Below, in pieces: positions 1 through 12,946 of a stretch of 64,000 nt of DNA (the first letter of the stretch is position 1; every line of letters begins with the position of its first letter). Below the pieces are notes generated by a model. It saw nothing but the letters and a program-made list of their open reading frames with translations. It was not told the DNA's origin and did no database searches. Source of the DNA: Eledone cirrhosa (taxonomy: Eukaryota). The position numbers and the translations under genes were made by a program. The DNA lies in contig OZ024752.1 of the NCBI GenBank assembly GCA_964016885.1, positions 12,090,001 through 12,154,000 of the forward strand, read 5' to 3'.

Positions 1-363
1 TTTCTATAATATAATTTATGAGGTAAAGGAATGTTTTATCCAGTGGATGTTCGTAGAATATTTCAAATGCAAAGCTAAAAAGGTCTGAGATAAAACAAAC
101 GAATGATTTGTGCTTTCTTCTGTAACAAGGTCCTATGTCTTGGAAGAATCTATGCGCATGCGCAGGGTCGCTCAAGTAACTATTTCGCCTTGTGCCTTAC
201 TTAATGTAGCGTAAAAGCGATAATTTTTTCAGAAGCCGGCACACGGTGGTTGAAAATGCTATATATACATATCTCAACAATGCCTCGTATAAACTTCACA
301 ACTACTGTTATATAACACGTATGACCGGTAATATATTAATGGATATTTACATCTCGTTTGGAT

Positions 364-435
364 TTTTGTCTGAAGAGAACACGTATGGCAGTTGTTATAC
401 AACTGCCTTACGTCTTTGAAATACGTATAACAAAA
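364..435 (+). ncRNA. Type I hammerhead ribozyme, variant with long stem II and UA insertion
   Basis: ttttgt-CTGAAGA-gaa c acgta t ggcagttg ttata caactgcc t tacgt c ttt-GAAA-tacGTA-ta-acaaaa; stem I ttttgt/acaaaa, GUA triplet. Confidence 0.7.
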
Positions 436-489
436 TAAATAAGAATGCACAAAGAAACCGTCTTTCTTGTTTATTATTATAATAAAACT

Positions 490-680
490 CGGTGGATTGG
501 CAGTATCAGTAGAGGGTCGGACGCCATGCTTTCCAGCATAGTTACGTCCCTTTATGATCTGAGTTCAAATCCCGCCGAGGTTGACTTTGCCTTTCATCCT
601 TACGGGGTCGATAAAATAAAGTACCAGTAATGCACTGGGTAATTGCTGGCCTTGTGCCTAAAGTAGAAACAATTATTATA
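490..680 (+). mobile_element. tRNA-derived SINE (family 1, octopus OR-type-like), (TTA)n tail
   Basis: A-box-like ttggcagtatc..tagag, B-box gagttcaaatcc, body gcctttcatccttacggggtcgataaaataaagtaccag, tail gaaacaattatta; about 18 related copies in the window. Confidence 0.85.
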
Positions 681-727
681 ATAAAACTCCGGATGAACAA
701 AAACCGTGGATATATATATATACATAT

Positions 728-784
<57 letters not shown>

Positions 785-1328
785 GGATGAACACTGATAC
801 AAGTATACATGTGTTCGTATTGCAAATGACCAAGTTAGCTAGGTTGAAAAATAGTAATTTAAAATAATACGGTTTGCCTGTCTCGATTTAAAATAATAAA
901 GCAATAAAAATAACAAACCTATATTGGCAATGGCCGTGATACCCGGACAAATTCTAAATTTGTTTCGCAACAATTAAGTGAAAGTTACTATTCCTCTGGT
1001 CTTCTGCGGGTATCCAGAAATTGGTAGGTTTCACTTCAAAATACTTAAGAAGACTGAGAGAATGTGTTGTTGAACGCATAGGTGTCACAGCGCCTAGCTC
1101 GTCCCATACTCGTGCCGCTAAAAATAGCAGCCGGTTTTATGGGACTGAAATTAGCTCTACGTATGGAGCCGAGTATATTATATATAGAGTTATAAACTCT
1201 ATATATTATATATAGAGTTATAAACTCATGTATACTTGTATCAGTGTTCATCCCTCACATATATTACACGGCTCGGAAATATTCCCTTCTTAGAGCTATT
1301 TAATTGTAAAAGACTATTTTGAGTTTAT

Positions 1329-2033
<705 letters not shown>

Positions 2034-2129
2034 AATTAAAATACTAGAGTGCGTTGGAGTAAAACACACTCGTCATATTATAGAAATGACAGTATAGGAT
2101 ATAGCTCAATGTAATACAACAGTTTAATT

Positions 2130-2170
2130 GCCCTGATGAGTCCTTATTAATGGGACGAAACATTGTAGGC
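2130..2170 (+). ncRNA. Minimal type I hammerhead ribozyme (PLE-type)
   Basis: gcc-CTGATGA-gtcc ttattaatg ggac-GAAA-c att GTA-ggc, followed by aataaa. Confidence 0.85.
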
Positions 2171-2212
2171 TAATAAAGACTTTTGATGTATTGAAGGCTT
2201 CTTTGTCTATTT

Positions 2213-2271
<59 letters not shown>

Positions 2272-2539
2272 TGTACCAATAAATATGCTACACTTAGTAC
2301 CATCCATGATACAGTACCAGTAACGCACTGAGATCAGTTTATTCGACTTTCACCTTCCCTTCGAATTGCTGTCCTTGTGCTAAATGTAGAAACAATTACC
2401 TTTACATAAATTTATAACGAGTAAATAATCTGAAATGATATCAAAGTGTTTCCCTGAGATTATAATGTTGACCTATTCTCTCTGGATTAATGGATTAACT
2501 AATTACTCATTGTTTAGCTATTCAGTCTTTCAGTAGAAA

Positions 2540-2683
2540 TACCGCAGTATATGCGGAAACTACCGTGACATCCCTCCTCTCCACCATAGGGAGAAACCGT
2601 TGCTAGAATATTGCTCAATCGTCTGTTAGTCATTTCGGAGAAAGTGTTGCCGAAATCTTAGTGCGAGTTCTGAGCCTCTCGCA
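2540..2683 (+). pseudogene. RTE-like LINE reverse transcriptase fragment
   Basis: Reads approximately GETVARILLNRL..SEKVLPKS*CEF*, resembling the LPESQCGFR motif, with stops. Confidence 0.5.
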
Positions 2684-3121
2684 CAGTGTTTCTCAACCTT
2701 TTCACCCTTGTGGAACCCTTGACATAGTTTTCATGTCACATAGAACCCCTGCATAAAAACTATTATATACCATTATTGATACTTATTCCTTTTAGGGGTT
2801 GATGTTTTGCTATAATAACCAAGCATTTTCCACAACCTTTTCACCCTTGTGGAACCCTTTACATAGTTAGCATATCACAGGGAACTCATGCATAAAAACT
2901 ATTATATACCATTATCAATATTTATCTCTTTTAGGGGTTGAAGCCTTTATTCTAATAACCAAGGATTTTCCAACAATATGCCGTACGTAAAATTACGAAT
3001 ATAAAATTAAACAATAATTTCACAAAAATACATTAGTTTATTTATTACTGTTTCTCGCGGAACCCTTAGCGAGCTCTTGCGGAACTCTAGGGTTCTGTGG
3101 AACACCGGTAGAGAAAGGCTG
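2684..3121. mobile_element. hAT (Charlie/Buster-like) MITE with internal ~138-bp duplication
   Basis: Termini cagtgtttctcaacc / ggtagagaaaggctg; flanks ctctcgca and ctctagag resemble an NTCTAGAN target; 2696-2833 repeated at 2834-2971. Confidence 0.65.
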
Positions 3122-3129
3122 CTCTAGAG

Positions 3130-4636
3130 CACAGGTTCTCAACCTATTTAGACCAAACGCCCCCTTTTGAAATCACGAAACGCCCCTCTACCCCATTTTT
3201 CCATTTTTCAATATACTACTGATTTTGATATCAGTAGATTACTAAAAAATTGATTAACAATATTCCAAAGATACCATTGCAGGCAGCTGAGAGTATAAAT
3301 ACATTCCTTGAAAGGAAATATATAATTTCAAAAAAAGGGACATAAATGTTCTTTTTTATGAATAAGGACCAGTTGAATTTGTTATATTCCCACCAGGCGA
3401 TACCAGCTATTTTGAACATTTATACAAGAGCAACTCTGTCTATCCAAAGAGTGCTCCTATCTGGAAGAAAGTGGCAATTATATTTCAAAGCTTTCCAATT
3501 TTCCCTTTAATGAAACGGACAGAATAAATGTTGATATCTATCTTGATGTCCCGTCCACTTTGTGAGCTTAGAGACGCGGAAGAGGGTTGTCCTTTATTAG
3601 TAAATGGTAAAATATATACAACAAATCAGTAAGTGAATTGTAGTAGATGGTTTCCAGTCCAGTCAGACTGCAACTACAAAAAAAAGATGTTAGTTTGCTT
3701 TGTAACAATAGCATATCCAAGTTTTCGGATAAATCAACTTAGTTTAACTTTCAATGGGACCCTTGAGCTTCATGGAGTCTAGCTAACTCTTTGACGTGAG
3801 GCTGAATTTTCCTAAGATGTAGCCAGAGATCTCCACGTGTAATTACATTGTAGCGGTTGCGAGATTTACTGTGCAGTCTGGAAACAGCATCAAACCTCCT
3901 CTCGACTAAGTATGAGCTTGGAAAAGGCAGAGCAAATCTTTTAGCCTCTGCATGTAGGTGTGGAAATCGACGCTGAATTTCCTCTTGCATCCCAAAAAGA
4001 TGTTCACCTATTTTGGGAAATCTAATTTTGATCATGTCATTTGCTTGAAGTTCAATGAATTCTTCCTGAAATTTAACATCCAAATTGTCGACGTTAGCTA
4101 TGAAGTGATCTGCTATCCACATTGGAATGTCCATCGGCAAAAGGTTGACAAACCATTCTCTCATGTTGTCTTGTAGTGCACGCAGGTGAGTGGTATAAAT
4201 TTGGAGTTGGTCATCGCTTACTATGTTTTGAACATTGGCGACACTAGGAAAATTATAGAATTCCCGTCAACAAAAATTCCTTTCGATAACATTCAATTTG
4301 TCCAGGAATGTTTTCACAGCATTCCTTGCTTTAAGCAAGGTGATCTTCTTCTCCTGCAAAGCCAAAATGACGCTATTGCATTTGTCGAAGATGTCGTTGA
4401 GGTAGGGGTTTTCTTGTACAGTTCTGTGTTGCGTCCTCGTAGAAACTCAATGATAGAGTCGAAGAGTTCAAAGATGTGAGTAAAGCACTTGCCCTTTGAA
4501 AGCCACCTCACTTCATTATGAAGGAGCAACTTGACGAATTCGTCGTCATTATCTTGGCACAGTTGCCAGAAAATTCGTCCATTGAGGGAATGCTGTTTGA
4601 TAAAATTGATGACATCAATGGCCCCCTGCAAAGACT
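3130..4636 (-). mobile_element. Decayed hAT transposon, Charlie/Buster (ZBED5/SCAND3-like) transposase C-terminal half
   Basis: ORF pieces 4314-4631 (LLHNEVRWLSKG) and 3751-4164 (LPFPSSYLVERRFDAV...AQGSH); terminal cacaggttctcaacc at 3130. Confidence 0.85.
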
Positions 4637-7165
4637 TGCTCAGCGGGTTGCTGAGTTTCTGTGACCTCTTCAGTGGACTGGGGATTATTTTCTTTGTTTT
4701 TGTGCCTCTCCTTTGTTTTGTCCTACGCCATCTTGTTTTTGTGTGTGTTGTGTGCTTAGTTTGCGCATTTGTTATATCCGGTGTCTGTGTGTGTTTATAT
4801 TTGTTTATTTATTTGTTTATTTACATGTTACTGGTTGGTTGTTTGTTCTATATGCGCGTGTGTTTTCATTTTGTCCTTAATTGTAAGTTGTGATGTTGCT
4901 ATTCCATTCATGTTTTCTATTTAATTTTGGTTGGAGTTCATTTATGTTTATTGCCTCTGTGATTTGTCTAAACATTGCGTCTTTTCTGTGTGTAGATTCT
5001 ATTTTTATTTCTATGTTCTCTAATTTGCCCTTATGTTCTATTTTAGCATGTTGGTGGAGTATTGATGATTTTTTTTTATCTTGAAGTTCTCGCCAGTGTT
5101 CATTTAACCGTTCTCCTATACTACGAGCTGTCTCACCTATGTACACTATATTCTTATCTCTACATTGTCCTTCAGTACATCTTATGCTATATACTACGTT
5201 TCTAGTTTTACAGTTAATATGGGGGCTTAGTTTACAGATTATGCATTTCTTATCTATACAGGGAGGTCTTTGAAAAGGGTATGTATTGCTAATAAGTGTT
5301 TTTTATGGAGGTACCTGGTCTTTCTACTATCTTAATATTAAGTTTATGTTTATCTAGGGCCTTTCTAAATTTGTAAGCTAATTCACCTCTAGGGGTTGTA
5401 TTGATGAACATTACACTCTGGTATTTATTGCTTTCATACCATGAGTTTATTCTATTAACCTTATTCCGAGTTCTTTCTATTCTATTCCAAAATTTGCTCC
5501 TATACAAGGGGCAGGTCCCATTTGTATCATTATTTACCATTTTTTCCCATTTGGTTCTGGCTCCTCTATATACTCTGATTTTATCTCTCTAATTGTAACC
5601 AGAGAACTGCATACGGTGGATGAAGTGTTGTATGTGTCTCTCTAGTTCTTTGGGGTTGCACATGCGGGACACCTTTCTCATCACCCGTACCAAATCCGCA
5701 ATCAGTATGTTGATTTTGGTGTGATCCGAAACAGCTGAGTTTCAGTGGATCAGATATTTGGAAGTCATGGGTTTGGCATAATGGGAATGGAGGATTTGTT
5801 TTTTGTTATTAATGGTTTCTAACCAGAGCTCTGTGTCTAGTACAGGTAATCGATGGTTGGGGTGTTTGCTTGGGTAGTCTATAGTAACTCTAATACTCTG
5901 GTGGATGGAGTTAGCTATTTGCTGGATGCTTTCCATGGTGTTTTTCTCTAATTCCTGACTGTTCTCTAGTGGGGGAGGGGGGGGGGGGTTACTACGATGT
6001 TTATATCATCAACGTAGCGGGAGTACATTATCAGGGTTAAGAGGTTGCTGTCTTCTAATGGTTCTTTAAGTTTAAGTTTATTGTCCCACCCTACCATGAA
6101 TAGGTTAGCTATGTCACCTGCAATGCTAACACCAATGGCTGCTCCCTCCTCTTGGGCATATGTTTTTCCATTAAATTTGAACATATGTTCCTTAAGGGTT
6201 AATTTTATACTGGCCCCCACCGCATGTGCAATCATTTTCTTTAGTTCATCGTGGTTTTCGGGGGTCCGTATGGCTCTGGTCCACCCGTTCCATCTTTCTG
6301 TGTGGGTTTTCTTGGCCATTGAGGTAATGGTAGGTGGTCTGCCTCTTGCTGGTCTTGTAGGGCACAGGCTGCTAAGGTCTTATGTATCTAGATAATCATT
6401 ACTATAGGAAGGTTTAAGTAGGAGTCCCAGCTCACTGGTATCAATCCCACGGAATTCAACATTGCTCTCACTGATCATTTCTACGCATTTCTCCACAGCA
6501 AAATCCACGTCAATGGATGGATATAGGGACACAACATCCATACTACCTATTATACAGTTTGTTAGGTCCCTAGATCGGTTACTTTCGCTGATTCTGCTGA
6601 GGAGATGCCCCGTGCTGTCACGTATATCTGGGGACATTTCAATGATGGGGCGTATGATCAGGGAGAGGAAGTAGGAAAGTCTGTAGTTACTAGCAATGTT
6701 AGCTCCACAGACTGGCCGTGTTGGTGGTCCTGTGACAGGGTCACTGCTCGTTTTATAGTCTTTTCGAAGCCCATACAACGCTGGCACGTCATTGTTCCAG
6801 GCCTGGAAGTTGTTGGCAGTCCTTTTATTGGGCTGCATTATGTTTGTCCACATCACCATATGGGCATTGAGGGTTTTCTCCCTATCCTCATGCTCTTGTG
6901 GTGTTACTTCTCTTGCGTTAGTGATGTGGGGTTGCATTGCCTGGATGTAGTTTGACAGACTGTCAACCGACATTCTGCCAGACTTGTCTGTTGGAAAGCA
7001 TGCAATCTCTCCATTACTCGAGCGCTGCATGAGCTTACGCAAGCCATTTGCAGATTTTTCTCCCAGTTACTGGGCCTCCATTCTATTTTGCTTCTTGCTA
7101 TACTGTTCTATAATATTTCTAAGTTTAGATCTAGCTATACTAAATTGTGCTTCTGTTTGTTCATC
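4637..7165 (-). mobile_element. Decayed Penelope-like element (RT plus C-terminal GIY-YIG endonuclease), 5' truncated
   Basis: Frameshifted pieces TDKSGR, PTRPVCGA, GSMDVVSLYPSI, DIANLFM, YSRYVDD, LPVLD, Cys cluster, NVVY...YIGETARSIGERLNEH. Confidence 0.9.
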
Positions 7166-7167
7166 GA

Positions 7168-7241
<74 letters not shown>

Positions 7242-7260
7242 TACATACACACACACACAC

Positions 7261-7330
<70 letters not shown>

Positions 7331-7642
7331 TATAAAGCTGACGACCGTATGTAGGTAGCAAACTTTCCGCCAAGCGGCTGGACCGAACAGCACCAAATTT
7401 GCACCATAGATGTAACTTTTTCCAAGTAAAAAAATGAGAGTATTTTCGTCTACTGAATTTTTTTTTAAAGATTAATTAAGACATTACTTAAATATTCACT
7501 TCTTTAAAATTTTCAAATGTCAACACTTCCGGTTATACGGCATTCCTAATGTCTTCACGAACCAAAGTATCATCTTCCTGTTTTCTTTCGGTTGCAACAT
7601 TTTTCGAAATATTTACTTCTGCGTTCACTGATTAATCTTTTT

Positions 7643-7693
7643 AGTTTCAGAAGATCCCGTTAAGGGTGAAAGCAGCGATTCTTTGCTTAAACT
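7643..7693 (+). ncRNA. Hammerhead-like motif with CAGAAGA core (U4A variant)
   Basis: agttt-CAGAAGA-t ccc gttaa ggg t-GAAA-gca gcgattctt tgC TT-aaact; all three stems pair. Confidence 0.6.
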
Positions 7694-7850
7694 TTAATCT
7701 GTATATTTTATTATATATTTTTTCCATTTATCGTTTTCGGTGCGCTCGGCCGATTAACTCACTCGATATGCAAATTAGGCTGCTCAGCTGTTAATATGCA
7801 TAAGGAAAGTATATACTTTCAGACGTTCAATCATCAGGCAGGAAGGTATA

Positions 7851-7891
7851 CGGTGCTGACGATAGCTAATAAGCTTGAAACTAGTACATCG
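7851..7891 (+). ncRNA. Minimal type I hammerhead ribozyme with palindromic stem III (actagt)
   Basis: cggtg-CTGACGA-t agct aata agct t-GAAA-c ta GTA-catcg. Confidence 0.8.
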
Positions 7892-8154
7892 TTCCATTGT
7901 CAGTGTTGAACAAAAGGGCAACGATGGTTGCTAAACACTGTACGGCTTAATTCGGGATGTTTGTTTACAAACACACCGAGCGTTGTAATAAATGTTTGGT
8001 GAATCCATACGTACATATATATGTGTGTGCATGTATGTATATATATATACATACTACTGTACGTCTGTATACATATATGTATGTACGTATACATACTTAT
8101 ATTTAAGTAACAGCCGTACTAAGAGTGGGAAATGAAATTTCGTTTCATTTTTTT

Positions 8155-8195
<41 letters not shown>

Positions 8196-8367
8196 TATAT
8201 TTGTGTATATTTTGCATACACAAAAACAAAATATCAAACGTATTTATTTCACGAAAGCACAGACGGCTTATTTATCGTCATTGTTACTGCCGATATGCCA
8301 CCCAAAAAGTCCTAGCCTGGCCGCAAGATCAGATTTTCCAGAAGAAAAATGTTACTAGAGCAACAGA

Positions 8368-8558
8368 GAGACTAAGCTTCGCGATTACCATCAACAAAGC
8401 TCAGGGTCAAACCCTAAAAGTGGCTGGCCTTCATCTGGGAAAACCACGGTCAATTGTATGTAGGATGCTCTAGGGTGAGCTCGCCAAACAATCTCTTCAT
8501 CTTTGCTCCCGAGGGCCGAACAAAAAATATTGTATACTCTGAGGCTCTCACAATGTAA
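8368..8558 (+). pseudogene. Helitron PIF1-type helicase C-terminal fragment
   Basis: RLSFAITINKAQGQTLKVAGLHL then, after a frameshift, HGQLYVGCSRV..NLFIFAPEGRTKNIVYSEAL. Confidence 0.85.
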
Positions 8559-8782
8559 TTTATGTATTTTCTGTTACTTGGAATTTCTATTATGGTTGTA
8601 CAATTTATTGTAAAGTTTGTTAAAAAATTTGTTCTCTCTTCAACCTTTATTGTTGTAACTATCAAAGTAAACAAACCACTATCCGGATGGCCTCCAAAAA
8701 CAACGGTCACGTTTTTGAAAGGGTACGTCAATATCTATGAAATAAATATGGTTTTATAAATATAGTTTCCATTTATTAATAT

Positions 8783-8952
<170 letters not shown>

Positions 8953-8996
8953 CATATGTATTTATATATATATATACACATACATATGTATTTATA

Positions 8997-9032
<36 letters not shown>

Positions 9033-9109
9033 ACAAAGGAATTGTGGTAAGGAACCAGATGGACCATAAAGCACCAGAGTACTCAATACTTAGGGTAATA
9101 GAGTGGGAA

Positions 9110-9220
9110 ATAGGAAAAAGTATGACCCCGACGACAGAGCTCAAGCCGTTTCGACGGCTAATTCAGTCCAGAATTAGCCGTCGAAACGGCTTGAGCTCTG
9201 TCGTCGGGGTCATACTTTTT

Positions 9221-9225
<5 letters not shown>
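9110..9225. repeat. Perfect 55-bp-arm palindrome built from the 3' half of a hammerhead
   Basis: Arms 9110-9164 and 9171-9225, loop agtcca; right arm reads GAAA-cggc ttgagctct gtcGTC-gggg. Confidence 0.9.
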
Positions 9226-9258
<33 letters not shown>

Positions 9259-9463
9259 TATACACATATAAATATACATATATATACATATATAAATATA
9301 CATATATATACATACATAAATATACATATATATACATACATAAATATACATATATATACATATATATACATACATATACATATATATACATATATAAATA
9401 TACATATATATACATACATAAATATACATATATATATACATACATAAATATACATATATATAC

Positions 9464-9500
<37 letters not shown>

Positions 9501-10002
9501 CATATACATACATATATATACATATACATACATATACATATATATATACATATGTATATGTATTAGTATGTATGTGTACGTATGTATATGTTTGTATATC
9601 TATATATGTCTGTGTATGTATGTGTATATATATATATATATATACACATACATACATATGTGCGTGTATTATATATCGTGTGTACACGCCGTAACACAAT
9701 TTGCTGGGAAAGGAGATAGATTTTCACTTCTGAACTGCTGGAGAAGGAATGGTGTTGACTGTATGGTTGGACATGGTTTTGAAAGATATAATGGTGTTAG
9801 TGTTTGTGATGAGAAGTGGTGTGACAGTCTTCTTTATGTTAGTAATGGTGATAGTAAATATAAGTCTATATACCTTTCACTATATTGGCTGGGTTTCTAG
9901 ATAACACCAGGGATTATCGAACTAATATCTGTAAGCCCCTGTCAATTATTGAAATACTCGGTAACATAATATATTTGGTAATTAATTAGGAATCAATAAT
10001 AA

Positions 10003-10410
10003 TCTTCTTCTTCTTCTTCTTCTTCTTCTTCTTCTTCTTCTTCTTCTTCTTCTTCTTCTTCTTCTTCTTCTTCTTTTTTGTCTTCTACTTCTTTTTCTTC
10101 TTTTTTCTTTTTTCTTTTTTTTTCTTCTTCTTCTTCTTCTTCTTCTTCTTCTTCTTCTTCTTCTTCTTCTTCTTCTTCTTCTTCTTCTTCTTCTTCTTCT
10201 TCTTCTTCTTCTTCTTCTTCTTCTTCCTCCTCTTCTCCCCCACACTTATTACTGGGGAGATCGTTGGAGCAGAGCCTTCAAGCCCGCCGCAAAGATGGTC
10301 CTGTCCAATTAATCCCGCAGCTGGATCCCCAAGCAAGAGCTGCCAAGCTCATGGATGTTATCCAGCCATCTTGATCGGGGTCTACCTCTGGGTCTTCTGT
10401 CGGTTCGTTT
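10003..10410 (-). mobile_element. RTE-like LINE 3' end with long (GAA)n tail
   Basis: Minus strand reads RGRPRSRWLDNIHE..., followed by about 220 bp of (GAA)n. Confidence 0.6.
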
Positions 10411-10805
10411 TGCCCGTAATAATCTGCATAGCAAATTACATTTGTGTAACGTGGGTTAAATATGAGCCATTGAAAGTGGCTTGATGGGAAACGGCGCAAG
10501 AAAGTGGGGGCAGCAAGTCTAAAGATACCTTCTTATGTAGTCAGCTATATTATTCCTTAAGGCGGCGAATTGGCAGAGTCGTTGGAACGTCGGATAGAAT
10601 ACTTTGCCGTATTCGTTTCACCAGAGTGAACACTCGATGCGTACTTCGGTGTTGTACTAAGCAGAGTGTAATATTAATAACAGAAGTCAGACGTGCTTTT
10701 GATTCCAGAGTCGGGCCCGATCGATAAAGATCGAACCCTGCGCTGATCAATCGCGAAACGTGCGTCGCACCTCAATAAATGTAATGAAGATATAACACCT
10801 CGTCC

Positions 10806-10848
<43 letters not shown>

Positions 10849-12157
10849 CTAGCAGCAGAACCCAGCGTTGCCTGGGTAGTCAAAATAATATCTGCTTTGA
10901 TGAAAAGGTGTTGATCTTAGCGACTGCTTCTCGTTGACTCATCTATGGCCACACACAGGCCATGCGGGGGAGGGTGGTGATGACCTCTATCACTGAGAAA
11001 CGCGGGTGACTGACGAAGGGGCATGCTGGGGGATGGAGGTAATGACCTCTAACACTAAGCCAAATTTCCTCACGCTACTTGATTGGAAACCGATGAATTC
11101 TCAAATACACAACTAAAAGCTCAGACGACGTCAGTGGCCATCGTTTTGCCTTTGACCATCTATAAGATGTGCAATGATAGGTTCTATCGTAGTATAAAAG
11201 TTGAACCAAATAAATTGATTTATGTGTGATGTGGAGCCGAAGTTTCGAATTTGAACGAAATCGGTTGAAAAATGTGGGAGCTAATGATAGGTCGCCGTCC
11301 CTGAACAAAAAATGCAAAGTGTAAAGCTACTATAAGATGTGCAATTATAGGTTCTATCGTAGTATACAAGTTGAATCAAATAAATTGATTTATGTGTGAG
11401 GTGGAGCCGAAGTTTCGAATTTGAATCAAATCGGTTGAAAAATGTGGGAGCTAATGATACGTTCTATCGTAGTATAAAAGTTGAACCAAATAAATTGATT
11501 TATGTGTGAAGTGGAGCCGAAGTTTCGAATTTGAACGAAATCGGTTGAAAAATGTGGGAGCTAGAGCCGAAAAGGCGGAAATTTGAGCGAAAGGGTGGTA
11601 TTTTCGAATATTTAAGCGGCTGCCACGCCGTTCCTGAACAAAAAATCCGAAATGTAAAGCCACTTTAAGACGTGAAATAATCAGATCTAGCGTAGTGTAA
11701 AATTTGAACAAAGTAGGTTGATTAATGTGGGAGCTAGAGCCGAAAAAGTGGAAATATTAAACTAAAAGTGGTATTTTTCAATATTTAAGCGGCTGCCACG
11801 CCGTTCCTGAACAACAAATGCAAAATATAAAGCGATTTCAGGATGTGCAATGATAAATTCCATTTTGCTTTAAAATTTGAACGAAATCGGTGGCAAAATG
11901 TGGGGGCTAGAGCCAAAAATCTTATTTTTCGATACCTAAAAAAACGTGACCCCCTCTATCGATTTTTATCTGCAGAATGACTCCGGAATAAAATAAAAAC
12001 GATACAATGATATATAGAAAACATTCCCCGATGACTAATCTATGAGCCTGTAAAGTTTCATGAAAATAGGTCGTAAGATGTAGGCCCCTATAGGTAATAC
12101 ACAGACACACAGTCACACAGTCACACACACACATACTTAATTTTATATATATACAGA
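10849..12157 (-). mobile_element. Non-autonomous Helitron with internal tandem subrepeats
   Basis: Minus strand starts TC (12157) and ends with hairpin acccaggc-aac-gctgggt plus CTAG (10849), inserted between A and T; internal repeats at 11160-11910. Confidence 0.8.
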
Positions 12158-12179
12158 TGTGTGTGTGTAGGGAGAGAAA

Positions 12180-12763
12180 GAGCTATGAGAGCGTGAAAGA
12201 ATCTTAGAGTGGGATCAAGTTCGCTGTTATATATAATAAAGGAAGGAGTGCGGGACTGTGTCCTGAATATATTTTTTTATCTCGTTAGTAAAATAAGTTG
12301 GATTACTTTGAATAAATAATGAATGAATATTACATAATTTATCTACTAAATTTTGTAACTGTTGATTAAACATGAATATTCTTAAATATAATGATTGCTT
12401 ATTTTAAGATTAACTTCTTTAAAATTTTCAAATGTCACCACTTCCGGTTAGCGTCCTTTATATCATAACACTTATTACATCGCTTATATAAACGTTCATA
12501 TATTGACATCGTTATATAAGGTTTCATTACATTTCACTGTAATGCAGTATATATATAATATAGTATTTTTTAAATGTATAATGGGTTACTTTACTGATTA
12601 CATAAGACAGTGTAACACAGTCTCTCTTCAATTTCTGTGTATATTCTCAATTATGATTTTATTGACATATCATATCTAGATGCATATATATTTGTGTATA
12701 ATATCAATATGCACACTACATATACTAACAGAAATAAACCCGAGGACTTGTTTTTCTGCTAGT
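12180..12763 (+). mobile_element. Non-autonomous Helitron-like repeat (second family)
   Basis: Ends in ctgCTAG|t; related copy at about 41000-42093 interrupted by two SINEs. Confidence 0.6.
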
Positions 12764-12946
12764 TTATACTAATAATTCAGTGAAATTGTTTGTTTTGTTG
12801 TTTAACAGAAGCTGTTAAATTTAGAGGAGAGCATTTAGTCGATGAATTTACCCTAGTGTTTGACTGGTACTTTTACCTTCTAAACCTCAAGAAGGATGAA
12901 AAATAAAGTTGGCCACAGTATAACAATTTTAATTTGCAATATATTA

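Noticed and set aside
782-1256. 30-bp inverted repeat suggesting a MITE
   Set aside because: No TSD, and further scrambled inversions nearby; more likely a rearranged repeat end that I cannot classify
5147-5290. Selenocysteine-recoding PLE
   Set aside because: The Cys cluster upstream of GIY-YIG uses ordinary TGT/TGC codons; no in-frame TGA seen there
9982-10374. Poly-Arg, poly-Lys and poly-Ser ORFs
   Set aside because: (GAA)n tail of a LINE fragment
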